Counted from the stretch's first letter, positions 1 to 9,226 are shown. The stretch: 64,000 nucleotides of DNA from a candidate division FCPU426 bacterium (GCA_030041545.1 JASHNQ010000062.1:38156-102155), one strand, 5' to 3'. The notes: generated from the sequence alone by a model not told the origin. Translations and numbers: made by a program.

Positions 1-10
1 TGAAGGTTCC

Positions 11-1414
11 TTACAATCCGGATAGTTTTTTCTTGATTTTCTGAATCTCCGAAGCCAAAGTTTTAGCCTGGCTTTCCACGTTTTTCGGCGAAGTCCCGCC
101 CACGGTTTTCTTGGCGTTCACGGAATGGAGCACGGAAAGATGCTGGGCGGTTCCTTTGGGAAACAGGTCGGAAAATCTTCCCAATTCCGCATCCGTCAGG
201 TCCTGGAGCCTCTTTCCTTTTTCAAGGCAGTGATGGACAACCCTTCCCACAATCTCGTGGGCCAAGCGGAACGGTACGTCCTCTTTCACCAAAACGTCGG
301 CCAAATCCGTGGCCAGCAAGGTCAAATCCTTGTCCGCCCCCTGCCTCATCCGCTCCCGGCGGAATCTCAAGGTGAACAGGAAACCCGCCATCGTCTTGAG
401 GGAGGCCGTCACCGTATCCGCTGAGTCAAAGACAAAATGCTTGTCCTCCTGAAGGTCGCGGTTATAGGCAAGGGGCAGCCCCTTCAAGACTGTCAATAAC
501 CCCACCAAATTGGCAAAAACCCGGCCTGATTTTCCACGCACCAACTCGGCCACATCCGGGTTCTTTTTTTGGGGCATCAGGCTGGAACCGGTGGCAAAGG
601 CGTCGTCCATCTCAATAAAGCCGAATTCGCTGCTGGCCCAAAGGATCAAATCCTCGGAGAGCCGCGAGAGATGCATTTGGGTGATGGCCGCTGCCGAAAG
701 GTAATCCACATAAACGTCCCGGTCGGAAACCGCGTCCAAGCTGTTCTCCAGAACCGATTTGAGGCCAAGCTTTTGGGCTGTCCATTGCCGGTCAAAAGGG
801 TGGTTGGTTCCGGCCAAGGCGCCGGAACCCAAGGGCAGGGCATTGGCCCGGTCCCAAGTCGAAAGGAATCGGTCCATGTCGCGGGTCAACATAAAGGCAT
901 AAGCTGAAAGGTGGTGGCCCAGGGTGATGGGCATGGCCCTTTGGAGATGGGTATAACCTGGCATGAGGGTTTCTTTTTCCTTCAACCCCAGTTGGGCTAA
1001 AATGCCGATGAGATGGGTTCCTGCTTCCACCGTCTCCTGGATCGCATGGCGCAGGTAAAGGCGGAAGTCCGTGGCCACCTGGTCGTTTCGGGAACGTCCT
1101 GTATGAAGTTTTCCCCCCAGCGGACCGACTATTTTCGTGACGGCCTTTTCAATGGCCGTATGGATGTCCTCCAATACCGGTTCCAGCGGCAGCTTTTTGG
1201 CCTCCAGCAGCTTCTTTACCTTCTGGAGCCCCGCCGTGAGTTTCTTGCCCTCGGCGGGTTTCAATAGCCCGGCCTTCACCAGGGTTTGGACATGGGCCAG
1301 GCTTCCCTCAATGTCAAAGGCCGCCAACCGGTGGTCGAAAGAAATCGACTCCGTGAAGGCCTCCACTTGAGGGTCGGTCGGTTTCTTGAATCGCCCGCCC
1401 CATGTTTTTTTCAT
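11..1414 (-). CDS. argH: argininosuccinate lyase
   Basis: Motifs LHTGRSRNDQVATD, PGYTHLQRA, GSSLMPQKKNPD; last gene of the arg cluster. Confidence 0.97.
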   Translation of the reverse strand: MKKTWGGRFKKPTDPQVEAFTESISFDHRLAAFDIEGSLAHVQTLVKAGLLKPAEGKKLTAGLQKVKKLLEAKKLPLEPVLEDIHTAIEKAVTKIVGPLGGKLHTGRSRNDQVATDFRLYLRHAIQETVEAGTHLIGILAQLGLKEKETLMPGYTHLQRAMPITLGHHLSAYAFMLTRDMDRFLSTWDRANALPLGSGALAGTNHPFDRQWTAQKLGLKSVLENSLDAVSDRDVYVDYLSAAAITQMHLSRLSEDLILWASSEFGFIEMDDAFATGSSLMPQKKNPDVAELVRGKSGRVFANLVGLLTVLKGLPLAYNRDLQEDKHFVFDSADTVTASLKTMAGFLFTLRFRRERMRQGADKDLTLLATDLADVLVKEDVPFRLAHEIVGRVVHHCLEKGKRLQDLTDAELGRFSDLFPKGTAQHLSVLHSVNAKKTVGGTSPKNVESQAKTLASEIQKIKKKLSGL

Positions 1415-1437
1415 TGACGAAGCCGCCTAAATTTAAA

Positions 1438-2676
1438 TTACTTCAATAACTTAAAGTTCGTTTCGTCCTTTTCATTCAACTTTAACAATTGTTTTTGCAT
1501 TTGAGCCACCACGGGTTTCCCCACAATATCAATGAAACCAAGGGCGGCCTTGTGGTCGAATTTATCGTCTTTACCGTAGGTAGCCAATTCAAACGAATAC
1601 AATGAATATTTCGACTCGCGGCCTATAATTTTGATATTCCCTTTTTGAAGCTTCGCCTTGATAGTGCCGGTTAAAAAACGTTGGTTACTATGAAGGTAAG
1701 CGAAAATATCTTTCAAAAGGCTCGAAAACCAAAAACCATTGTAGATCAATTCCGAAAACTTCTCCGAAATGATGTTCTTAAAGCTCAGTGATTCCTTCGG
1801 AAGAACGATGCTTTCGAGTTCTTTGTGCAATGTAATAATCGTCACCGCCGCGGGGCACTCGTAAATTTCCCTTGTCTTGATCCCGACGTGCCGGTCTTCC
1901 ACGTGGTCAATCCTGCCGACGCCGTGTTTCCCGGCAATGGCGTTTAATTTTTCGATGATTTGGACCGTGGGCATCTTTTCATCGTTCAGGCGGACCGGAA
2001 TACCACGCTCAAATCCAACGGAAATGATCTCGGGGTTATCCGGGGCATTTTCAATGGAGGAGGTTAATTTAAAGGCGTCCTCCGGCGGCTCCACATCGAG
2101 GTTTTCAAGGATTCCGCCTTCAATGCTCCTGCCCCACAGGTTCTCATCCGTGCTGTAATTATCATCCTTGCCTTTTCCCAAGACTTGAATCCCGTGTTTC
2201 TTGGCGTATTCCAGTTCGGTTTCCCGGTTCAGGTTCCATTCCCGGGCCGGGGCGATTATTTTTAAAGTTGGATCCAAGGATTTGATGGCCACATCCAGCC
2301 TGACTTGGTCGTTCCCCTTTCCCGTGCAGCCGTGGGCGACCAATTCGGCCCCTTCTTTCTGCGCAACCTCCACCAACGCTTTTGCGATGAGAAACCTTCC
2401 CAGTGCGGTGCTGAGGGGATATTTCCCTTGGTAAAGGGCGTTGGCCATAATCGCGGGCGTGACGAAATATTTGACGAAATTCTCTTTTTCCTGCAAAAAA
2501 TAGGCCTTCTTTGCCCCCAGGCTCTTCGCCTTTTTTTTGATGGTCTCGGGGTCTTTTTCCTGCCCAAAATCAATCGTTAAGGTGATCACCTCAACACCAT
2601 AGGTGTCTTGGATCCATTTGACGCCAACGGAGGTGTCCAAACCACCGGAAAAGGCTAAAATGCATTTTTTAGACAT
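1438..2676 (-). CDS. argG: argininosuccinate synthase
   Basis: LAFSGGLDTS, AHGCTGKGNDQVR, YSTDENLWGRSIEGG, REIYECP motifs. Confidence 0.97.
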   Translation of the reverse strand: MSKKCILAFSGGLDTSVGVKWIQDTYGVEVITLTIDFGQEKDPETIKKKAKSLGAKKAYFLQEKENFVKYFVTPAIMANALYQGKYPLSTALGRFLIAKALVEVAQKEGAELVAHGCTGKGNDQVRLDVAIKSLDPTLKIIAPAREWNLNRETELEYAKKHGIQVLGKGKDDNYSTDENLWGRSIEGGILENLDVEPPEDAFKLTSSIENAPDNPEIISVGFERGIPVRLNDEKMPTVQIIEKLNAIAGKHGVGRIDHVEDRHVGIKTREIYECPAAVTIITLHKELESIVLPKESLSFKNIISEKFSELIYNGFWFSSLLKDIFAYLHSNQRFLTGTIKAKLQKGNIKIIGRESKYSLYSFELATYGKDDKFDHKAALGFIDIVGKPVVAQMQKQLLKLNEKDETNFKLLK

Positions 2677-2694
2677 GGCCGGTTCTCCTCAAAA

Positions 2695-3663
2695 TCAATT
2701 TTTAGATCTTTTTGCTTTACCGCTTAAGAGGGTGACCAAAACCGCCTTTTGCGCGTGCAGGCGGTTTTCCGCCTGATCCCATACCCTTGATTGCTTACCG
2801 TCGATGACACCGGCCGACACTTCCTCGCCCCGGTGGGCAGGAAGGCAATGAAGGAAAATAGCTTTAGGACTTTCCGACATGAGCTTTTCATTCACCTGGT
2901 AGCCTTGAAAGTCCTTTACCCTTTTTTCTTTTTCGGATTCCTGGCCCATGCTGGCCCAAACGTCGGTATAAACCACGTCCGCTGCCTTGGTCGAACCCTC
3001 CACTTGGTGTGTCATCTCAATGCGGCTACCCGTTTTCTCGCCTTCTTTTTGGGCGGATTTGAGAATGGTGGAATCCGGCTCATAGCCCGGCGGGCAAACC
3101 ACCCTACAGTGAACACCTGTTTTGGCGGAAATGATCATCAGGCTGTGGGTCATGTTGTTGCCGTCGCCCACGTAGACCAATTGGAGCCCCTTTAATTTTC
3201 CGAATTCCTCCTGAACGGTCTGGAAATCCGCCAACACCTGGCAGGGATGGTGGCTGTCGGTCAATCCGTTGATGATCGGCACGCCGGAATTCTCAGCCAA
3301 TTCCTCGACGATGGAATGGGCATAGGTCCGGATCATGACGCCTTGGACGTAGCGGGAAAGGACTTTGGCGGTGTCACTTACGGACTCGCGTTTCCCGATT
3401 TGAATCTCGCTTCCATTGATGAAAAGGGCATGGCCGCCCAACTGGTACGTTCCGACCTCGAAGGAAATGCGGGTCCGGGCCGAGCTCTTGTCAAAGATCA
3501 TGGCCAGGCACTGTCCGGCCAAGGCCTTTTGGTAGTTGGAGGGCGACTTCTTGATCTTCGCCGCCAGGCCGAGGAGTCCCGAAACCTCTTTCGGGGAAAA
3601 CTCCTCCAATGTCAATAAATGCCGGGGATTCATAAAACCTCGAAAATCCAATTTTGCGCTCAT
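2695..3663 (-). CDS. argF: ornithine carbamoyltransferase
   Basis: HPCQ, GDGNN, SMG, HCLP motifs; the carbamoyl-phosphate motif reads SART instead of STRT. Confidence 0.93.
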   Translation of the reverse strand: MSAKLDFRGFMNPRHLLTLEEFSPKEVSGLLGLAAKIKKSPSNYQKALAGQCLAMIFDKSSARTRISFEVGTYQLGGHALFINGSEIQIGKRESVSDTAKVLSRYVQGVMIRTYAHSIVEELAENSGVPIINGLTDSHHPCQVLADFQTVQEEFGKLKGLQLVYVGDGNNMTHSLMIISAKTGVHCRVVCPPGYEPDSTILKSAQKEGEKTGSRIEMTHQVEGSTKAADVVYTDVWASMGQESEKEKRVKDFQGYQVNEKLMSESPKAIFLHCLPAHRGEEVSAGVIDGKQSRVWDQAENRLHAQKAVLVTLLSGKAKRSKN

Positions 3664-3691
3664 TAACTCAAAACTTAAAACTCATAACTCA

Positions 3692-4894
3692 TCACTTGTT
3701 TTGCAGTTCCTCAGCCGCGGCTTTACGGAGCTTTTCAATGGCTTTGTCCACATCCGCTTCCGTGATGATGAGGGGCGGGGTGAACCTCAGCACGTTCTCA
3801 TGGGCCGAACCAACCAACAGCCCCTGTTTGGCGCACTCGGAAACCATGGAAGCGGCCTTTCGCGTCATTTCCATGCCCAACACAAGGCCGATCCCCCGGA
3901 CTTCGGTAAAAAGTTGGGGGAATTCAGCTTGGACCGCCTGGAGTTTTTGCCTCAGGTACACACCGTGTTGGGCGGCGTGCACCAGCAAATCTTTGCCGAT
4001 GATGGTTTCGATATTGGCGATGGCCGCCGCGCTCACGATAGGGTTGCCACCGAAGGTGGAGGCGTGATCGCCCGGTTTGAAGCCATGGGAAACCTGGTTG
4101 GTCACTAAAAGGGCCCCCATGGGAAGCCCGCCGCCCAAGGCTTTGGCCGAGGCCATCATGTCCGGCTCAATACCGTAATGTTCGTAGGCCCACATCTTGC
4201 CCGTACGGCCAATGCCGGTTTGGACTTCGTCCAGGATGAGGATAATTCCTTTCTCCCGGGTCAACCCCCTCAATTCTTTCATGAATTTCGGGTCGGCGGG
4301 CTGGATCCCCCCCTCACATTGGATGGGCTCGATGAGAACCGCCGCGGTTTTATCGTTGATCAACCCCCTGACGCTCTCGATGTTGTTGAAGGTGGCGTAA
4401 TGGATGCCCGGCAAGAGCGGTTCCAGGCCTTCCTGGTATTTCACCTGGCCCGTGGCCGTGATGGACCCGTAAGTCCTCCCGTGGAAAGAGTGGTAAAAGC
4501 TGATAATCTCGAACTTGTCCTGGCCTTCCCTACGGAAATGCTTGCGGGCCAGTTTGAGGGCGGCCTCGACCGCCTCGGTCCCCGAATTGCAGAAAAACAC
4601 CTTTTGGGCGAAGGAAATGTCGCACAGAAGCTTCGCCAATTTCACGTTGGGCTCGTTGTAATAAACGTTGGAAATGTGGCCGAGTTTCTTGGCTTCCTCA
4701 ATAATGGCGTTCACCACCTCCGGATAGGCCTGGCCCAGGGCGTTGACGGCGATCCCTGAGAAGAAATCCAGGTAAACCGCCCGTTCCGAATCGTAGACAT
4801 GGGCGCCCTCACCGCGCATCAGGACGATCTTTTGCCGGTTGTAAACCGGCAGGAGATAATCCTCGCCTTGCTGGATGATCTGGGTCGTATCCAT
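3692..4894 (-). CDS. argD: acetylornithine aminotransferase (class III PLP)
   Basis: FHGRT, DEVQTGIGRTG, AKALGGG, HASTFGGNP; first gene of the arg cluster. Confidence 0.93.
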   Translation of the reverse strand: MDTTQIIQQGEDYLLPVYNRQKIVLMRGEGAHVYDSERAVYLDFFSGIAVNALGQAYPEVVNAIIEEAKKLGHISNVYYNEPNVKLAKLLCDISFAQKVFFCNSGTEAVEAALKLARKHFRREGQDKFEIISFYHSFHGRTYGSITATGQVKYQEGLEPLLPGIHYATFNNIESVRGLINDKTAAVLIEPIQCEGGIQPADPKFMKELRGLTREKGIILILDEVQTGIGRTGKMWAYEHYGIEPDMMASAKALGGGLPMGALLVTNQVSHGFKPGDHASTFGGNPIVSAAAIANIETIIGKDLLVHAAQHGVYLRQKLQAVQAEFPQLFTEVRGIGLVLGMEMTRKAASMVSECAKQGLLVGSAHENVLRFTPPLIITEADVDKAIEKLRKAAAEELQNK

Positions 4895-5000
4895 ATTCGC
4901 TTCCTGTGCCGATTTTCTTTGAAATAATTAATTCATTGAAATCGGTTCCTATACCAACCTCTTAAGAAACAATCTCAATCAAAGAAGGTCGGCATGGGCT

Positions 5001-5060
5001 AAAAAATGAAAAAGCCCCCTGTAGCGGAACGCCAAAGGCGCCACCGCTTCAGGGGACTTT
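5001..5060 (-). terminator. intrinsic terminator-like hairpin in the argD upstream region
   Basis: Minus strand AAAGTCCCCTG-AAGCGG...CCGCT-ACAGGGGGCTTT followed by TTCATTTTTT. Confidence 0.7.
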
Positions 5061-5073
5061 GTTTGAGGAAGGC

Positions 5074-5102
5074 ATATTAGTGTCTAAAAGCGGCCCTGTC
5101 AA
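5074..5102 (-). promoter_or_regulatory. sigma70-type promoter upstream of the argD leader
   Basis: TTGACA (5102-5097), 17-nt spacer, TAATAT (5079-5074). Confidence 0.65.
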
Positions 5103-5203
5103 TCGGTCCTAAAACGGCCGAATAACACCATCGGTTGTCTATCCAAGGTGGGCCGGGAAAAGGTAAAAGGGCGGAAGGTTAAAAAGCCCGGCCTTTTTAC
5201 CCT

Positions 5204-5301
5204 TTAAACCCTGATCGATGGTTCCGTCAGCCCTTCAACTCACGCTAGTCGTTCAGGGTTTCCAGGGCCATTCATCAAACCCTTATCGATGGCTCTGTCA
5301 A
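5204..5301 (-). repeat. duplicated 27-nt 3' end of the dGTPase gene with an intervening 28-nt palindromic element
   Basis: 5275-5301 and 5204-5230 both encode LTEPSIRV*; CCCTTCAACTCACGCTAGTCGTTCAGGG lies at 5231-5258. Confidence 0.85.
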
Positions 5302-6420
5302 CTTCTCATACTCCTCGATGGCGAACCGGTCGGTCATACCGGCGATGTAATCGCAAATGATGCGCCTTAAGGGGTCGACTTTATTTTTGATTTTTTCACG
5401 GGTATTGATGGGCAGGATATCGGGGTTGGACTCATAAAGGTGGAAGAGCTCCTGGATCACCTTGGCCGCCTTTCCTTCCATGCGGGTAACATGGGGGTGC
5501 CGGTACATGTTCTGGAAGAGGTAACGCTTCATTTCCAGGAAGTCCTGGCGGAACCCGGACGAAAAAGCCGCCACTTCCTCCGGGCAACGCCGTACATCCC
5601 CGACGGTCTTAATGCCGAATTTCCCGATCCGCCGGCCCGTCTCTTCCAGCAGGTCGGTCACCTGCTCGTCGATCAAAAGCCGAACCGTCTGGTACTTGAC
5701 CTTGTCCTTGCCCAAGTTCGGGTGGCGCTCCTTTAATTTTTCAAAGTTTCGCTTCCAAAGGGGCACCATATCCAAACCGTCAAAAGCCAACAAACCCGAA
5801 GTGAGCCCGTCATCCACGTCGTGGGAGGTGTAGGCGATTTCATCGGCTAGGTCCACGATCTGGGCCTCAATGGTGTACTGGTCCCCATCCCCCCCGGGCC
5901 GGTCATAGCGCGTACGGTGCTTGTCCACACCCTCGAGGACCTCATAGGAAAGGTTGAGCCCCTTGAAATCTGGGTACCGGTCCTCCAGGTGGGTGACGAT
6001 GCGGTAGCTTTGGGCGTTGTGCTCGAAGCCACCGTCGTTTTTCATGATTTCGTTGAGTACCTTCTCGCCCGAGTGTCCGAAGGGGGTATGGCCCAAGTCA
6101 TGGGCCAGGGAGATGGCTTCAGTCAAGTCCTGGTTCAAGCCTAAGCTTCGGGCGATGGACCGGGCGATCTGGGCCACTTCCATGGTGTGGGTGATGCGGG
6201 TGCGGTAATAATCCCCCTCATGGTTGACGAAAACCTGGGTTTTATACTGGAGGCGGCGGAAAGCGGAGGCGTGGATGACCCGGTCGCGATCGCGCTGGAA
6301 GGACGTTCGGTAGGAATGTTCTGGTTCCGGGTAGTGGCGCCCACGGCTTTGGTTGGACCGCTGGCCATAGGAAACCAGAGTTTCATCTTCCAATTGTTCC
6401 AGTTGTTCCCGCGTTCTCAT
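5275..6420 (-). CDS. dgt: deoxyguanosinetriphosphate triphosphohydrolase (HD family)
   Basis: FQRDRDRVIH, RRLQYKTQV, RTRITHT, AHDLGHTPFGHSGE, DYIAGMTDRFA. Confidence 0.95.
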   Translation of the reverse strand: MRTREQLEQLEDETLVSYGQRSNQSRGRHYPEPEHSYRTSFQRDRDRVIHASAFRRLQYKTQVFVNHEGDYYRTRITHTMEVAQIARSIARSLGLNQDLTEAISLAHDLGHTPFGHSGEKVLNEIMKNDGGFEHNAQSYRIVTHLEDRYPDFKGLNLSYEVLEGVDKHRTRYDRPGGDGDQYTIEAQIVDLADEIAYTSHDVDDGLTSGLLAFDGLDMVPLWKRNFEKLKERHPNLGKDKVKYQTVRLLIDEQVTDLLEETGRRIGKFGIKTVGDVRRCPEEVAAFSSGFRQDFLEMKRYLFQNMYRHPHVTRMEGKAAKVIQELFHLYESNPDILPINTREKIKNKVDPLRRIICDYIAGMTDRFAIEEYEKLTEPSIRV

Positions 6421-9179
6421 GGTTTTCCAATCATTGGGTCTTTTAGGAGGGACCGGAGTTCTTGGGCCAAATTTTGATAATCTTGGGAATAAGGCGCCAA
6501 GGACGCGGCCAAATCCGCTTCCCGGCTCGCTTTGCCCAGTTCGTGCTCATTATAGTAAGCGACCGCTAAATTTCTAGCGACGTCCTCCCTTTCTGGGCTC
6601 AACCGCTGGGCTTCTTCCAAAAGCGGGATAGCCGCTGACATCTTCTTCCGAACCAGGTCATCAGCGGCCCGCAAATCGTCCCACGCCGCTTCGTCGCCGT
6701 TTCTTTTGAACCCCTCGCGCCCCATTTCAAGGGCCTGACGGTCCATGTCCGGGGAGCCGCCCATGGCCGCGAAGGACCATTGGAAACATGGAAGGCCGAT
6801 TTCAGGGTGTTGTTCGGACATAAGCTGGTAAGTTTGAAGGTAAGCATCAGCTGGCACATTTTGCCCCGCGAGGTCCGACAGCTGCGCCAAACCCATGGCA
6901 CGCTGTATATCTTCAACATAGTAAAGTTCGGTTCCCGGTAGGAAATCGGGCAATTCGGAAAAACCATCCCTAGGACCGACCTCATAAAAGGAATAACCAT
7001 GGCCCACGGGCAATGGAATCTTGCGCGTGAATTTAAGGAAAAATTGCTCGAAGTTTTTGAGTTCCGGCGGCTTCCAGGGATAGCGGTTAATTCCCAATTC
7101 ACTCACCCGGATGGCGGTTCCCAACATGGAATTGGCGTTATAGAGGATATGGGTGAAGCCGTTTTCCCTGAAACGCTTGTAAAGTTCTTCGGGAGTGTCC
7201 GACGTTTCCGACCATTTTTTCAGGACCGGGTAGGTGTAATCAAAGTCATAGGCCGATACCCGGTCCAAGTAATATCCGTTTTGTTGGCCGATAATCAAGA
7301 CCTTAGCGTCCGAGGGCAGGGTTTGACTCAGGGTGTCGGCCACTGTCATATAGCCATCGGGTCTTAAAACATGGCCGAAGAACTCCTCCCGGCTTTGAAA
7401 ACCCAAAGAACAGGCAAAAGGCGTGGGCTGGTTGGCCAAGCCTTGAAAAAGATAAAAAGCGCAAACCCAGAATAAGACACCCACGAGGACGCTCAACGCC
7501 CTTTCAAAAGCGCCCCAGCGGGCCGCCACCCATTGGTAGACCGCCGCCAGAGGAAGGTTGGCCAAGGCCAGGCTTCCCGTTATCAGCCGCAACTGGTGGG
7601 TGGTCACAAGCCAGAAAAAAAACGGAATCCCGACAACTATCAGAAAAGGCCGCTTCCACAGAAGTTCTTTCCATTTTAAGACCAAATACAAAAGCAAAAC
7701 CGGCAGGAGAATGAAAGGCACGAGGCTCACTTCCTCGTTGGGGGCGCCACCATAGTTTTCAAAAACGATCTTCCAGGGCAACAAGGGGGCCTGAAGCAGG
7801 CCCCCTAGTCCTTCCATTGGAAACTTGATGGCGGAAGCTTGAGCGTCAAATGGGGTCCAATCAAGGGGTTGGAATATTCCAGCGAGGTGGGGATAGACAG
7901 GGTCATGGACGTAGAACCAGCTTTTGAGCGCCCAAGGGCCGAAGAAAAACAAGGGTCCTCCCCACAGCCAAGCGGCCACCGCGGAATCTGTTTTTGAGCC
8001 CCGATGGCACGTCCAAAATAAAAGGACTCCCGCCAGCCAAAATGAAACCGCGTTGTATTTGACAGCCCAGGCCAAACCCAGGGCCATGGACGCCAGTATT
8101 CCCAAGCCGGGACGTTGCCTGTTCTCTTCTTTCCCCCAAACCATCAGGTATCCCAAACCCAAAACTGAATAAAAACCCGTGAATAGATCCACGTAGCCCC
8201 GCGTGGAAAAGAGGTTTAAGTAAGGGAACACCCAGTAAAAGGCGGCCGCGATCCAGCCAACCTTCGCATCGTTAAATAGGTTTGAAGCTTGCGGAGGTTG
8301 TCTCCCGTACCCTTGAAGGGGGACTGGGTTGCATATCCCTGCTTCGCCTGGCAGGCCAACCTTCTTCGAGAAAAACCGGTTTCCAATCCCCACAAGGGCC
8401 AAGGCTGTCCCCAAATGGGCTAAAAAACTAAAGGAACGCGCCAAGGAGTCATTGTCCCAAATCATTCCCCAGGAAAAAATCATTTGTCCTAAAGAAGGAT
8501 AATGGGCGGGCTCGACGCCGATGACCGGATAGAAACCGTGTTCGATAAAATAAAACTTGGGAAGGACCAGCTGGTAGGTGATAGCGTCCCAGCTCATCTC
8601 CGGGGCCAACAAGTTGGAAAGGCTCAAAAGAAGAACAACGGCTATGGGCCAAAGCCAAAAGAAGGGTATTCCAAGGGGTTCCTGGAAAGGCCAGCACCGC
8701 CGCAGGGCCTCCTTCCTGTCGAAAACCAGAAATCCGGCGAAGGCCAATACCATCAGGGCCCTCAAGAGGGGGCCGTAGAAAAGGTTTTCGAAGGCGAGGC
8801 CCTCCGCCAAAAGACCCCAAAAACCCATCCCCAACGCGAGGGACCATGCCCATCCTTCCATGAAGCTTAAGCCCAGCGGACCCACCCTTTCCAAGAGGGG
8901 GGCGCCAGTTCCGCAAAAAACAACCATGCTTCCGATAAACGCCAGGAGGAAGAACCCATGGTGAAACCATGTGGTCCCAACGAGGGCCCAAGTCCACCGG
9001 GAGTATTTGAAGGAATCAACGAGATAGCGGAAACTTTGGGTGGGGTGGGGTGGAATTTTCCAAAAGAAGAGGAGAAGGCAGGTCAAAAACCAGAGGAGAA
9101 AAAACCAAAAACCTTTCGGCGGTTGTGAGCCCGAAGCCTGATACCGCCGGTCCATCCTGACCCCCATCGGCCATAACAA
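6417..9179 (-). CDS. polytopic membrane protein, ArnT/GT-C-like glycosyltransferase with C-terminal TPR-like region; start uncertain
   Basis: Many TM helices; WDAITYQLVLPK..., YVDLF and AVKYN motifs typical of GT-C-like proteins; C-terminal helical repeat (LSPEREDVARNLAVAYY). Confidence 0.7.
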   Translation of the reverse strand: MLWPMGVRMDRRYQASGSQPPKGFWFFLLWFLTCLLLFFWKIPPHPTQSFRYLVDSFKYSRWTWALVGTTWFHHGFFLLAFIGSMVVFCGTGAPLLERVGPLGLSFMEGWAWSLALGMGFWGLLAEGLAFENLFYGPLLRALMVLAFAGFLVFDRKEALRRCWPFQEPLGIPFFWLWPIAVVLLLSLSNLLAPEMSWDAITYQLVLPKFYFIEHGFYPVIGVEPAHYPSLGQMIFSWGMIWDNDSLARSFSFLAHLGTALALVGIGNRFFSKKVGLPGEAGICNPVPLQGYGRQPPQASNLFNDAKVGWIAAAFYWVFPYLNLFSTRGYVDLFTGFYSVLGLGYLMVWGKEENRQRPGLGILASMALGLAWAVKYNAVSFWLAGVLLFWTCHRGSKTDSAVAAWLWGGPLFFFGPWALKSWFYVHDPVYPHLAGIFQPLDWTPFDAQASAIKFPMEGLGGLLQAPLLPWKIVFENYGGAPNEEVSLVPFILLPVLLLYLVLKWKELLWKRPFLIVVGIPFFFWLVTTHQLRLITGSLALANLPLAAVYQWVAARWGAFERALSVLVGVLFWVCAFYLFQGLANQPTPFACSLGFQSREEFFGHVLRPDGYMTVADTLSQTLPSDAKVLIIGQQNGYYLDRVSAYDFDYTYPVLKKWSETSDTPEELYKRFRENGFTHILYNANSMLGTAIRVSELGINRYPWKPPELKNFEQFFLKFTRKIPLPVGHGYSFYEVGPRDGFSELPDFLPGTELYYVEDIQRAMGLAQLSDLAGQNVPADAYLQTYQLMSEQHPEIGLPCFQWSFAAMGGSPDMDRQALEMGREGFKRNGDEAAWDDLRAADDLVRKKMSAAIPLLEEAQRLSPEREDVARNLAVAYYNEHELGKASREADLAASLAPYSQDYQNLAQELRSLLKDPMIGKP
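8256..8364 (+). mobile_element. 99-bp CCA-flanked element inserted in frame in the membrane protein gene
   Basis: GCCAACCTTC at 8256 and 8355 (period 99); the interior matches the tRNA-linked units (CCTTCGC...GCGGAGGTTG, central hairpin, TGGCAGG-CCA end). Confidence 0.8.
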
Positions 9180-9207
9180 AAAAAGCCCGCTGGGAATAGC
9201 AGGCGGT
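9176..9207 (-). terminator. intrinsic terminator after tRNA-Ala and its repeat array
   Basis: GCCTGCT-ATTCCC-AGCGGGC followed by a T run on the minus strand. Confidence 0.65.
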
Positions 9208-9226
9208 GGTGATTCATTGAGTCACA

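Noticed and set aside
4920-4935. ARG box upstream of argD (TGAAATAATTAATTCA)
   Set aside because: The palindromic core is 2 bp longer than TGAAT-N4-ATTCA, there is only one good half-site, and no argR is in the window.
5001-5070. T-box riboswitch or Arg leader peptide
   Set aside because: No stem I/specifier region, no good GGTGGNACCGCG match and no Arg-rich uORF.
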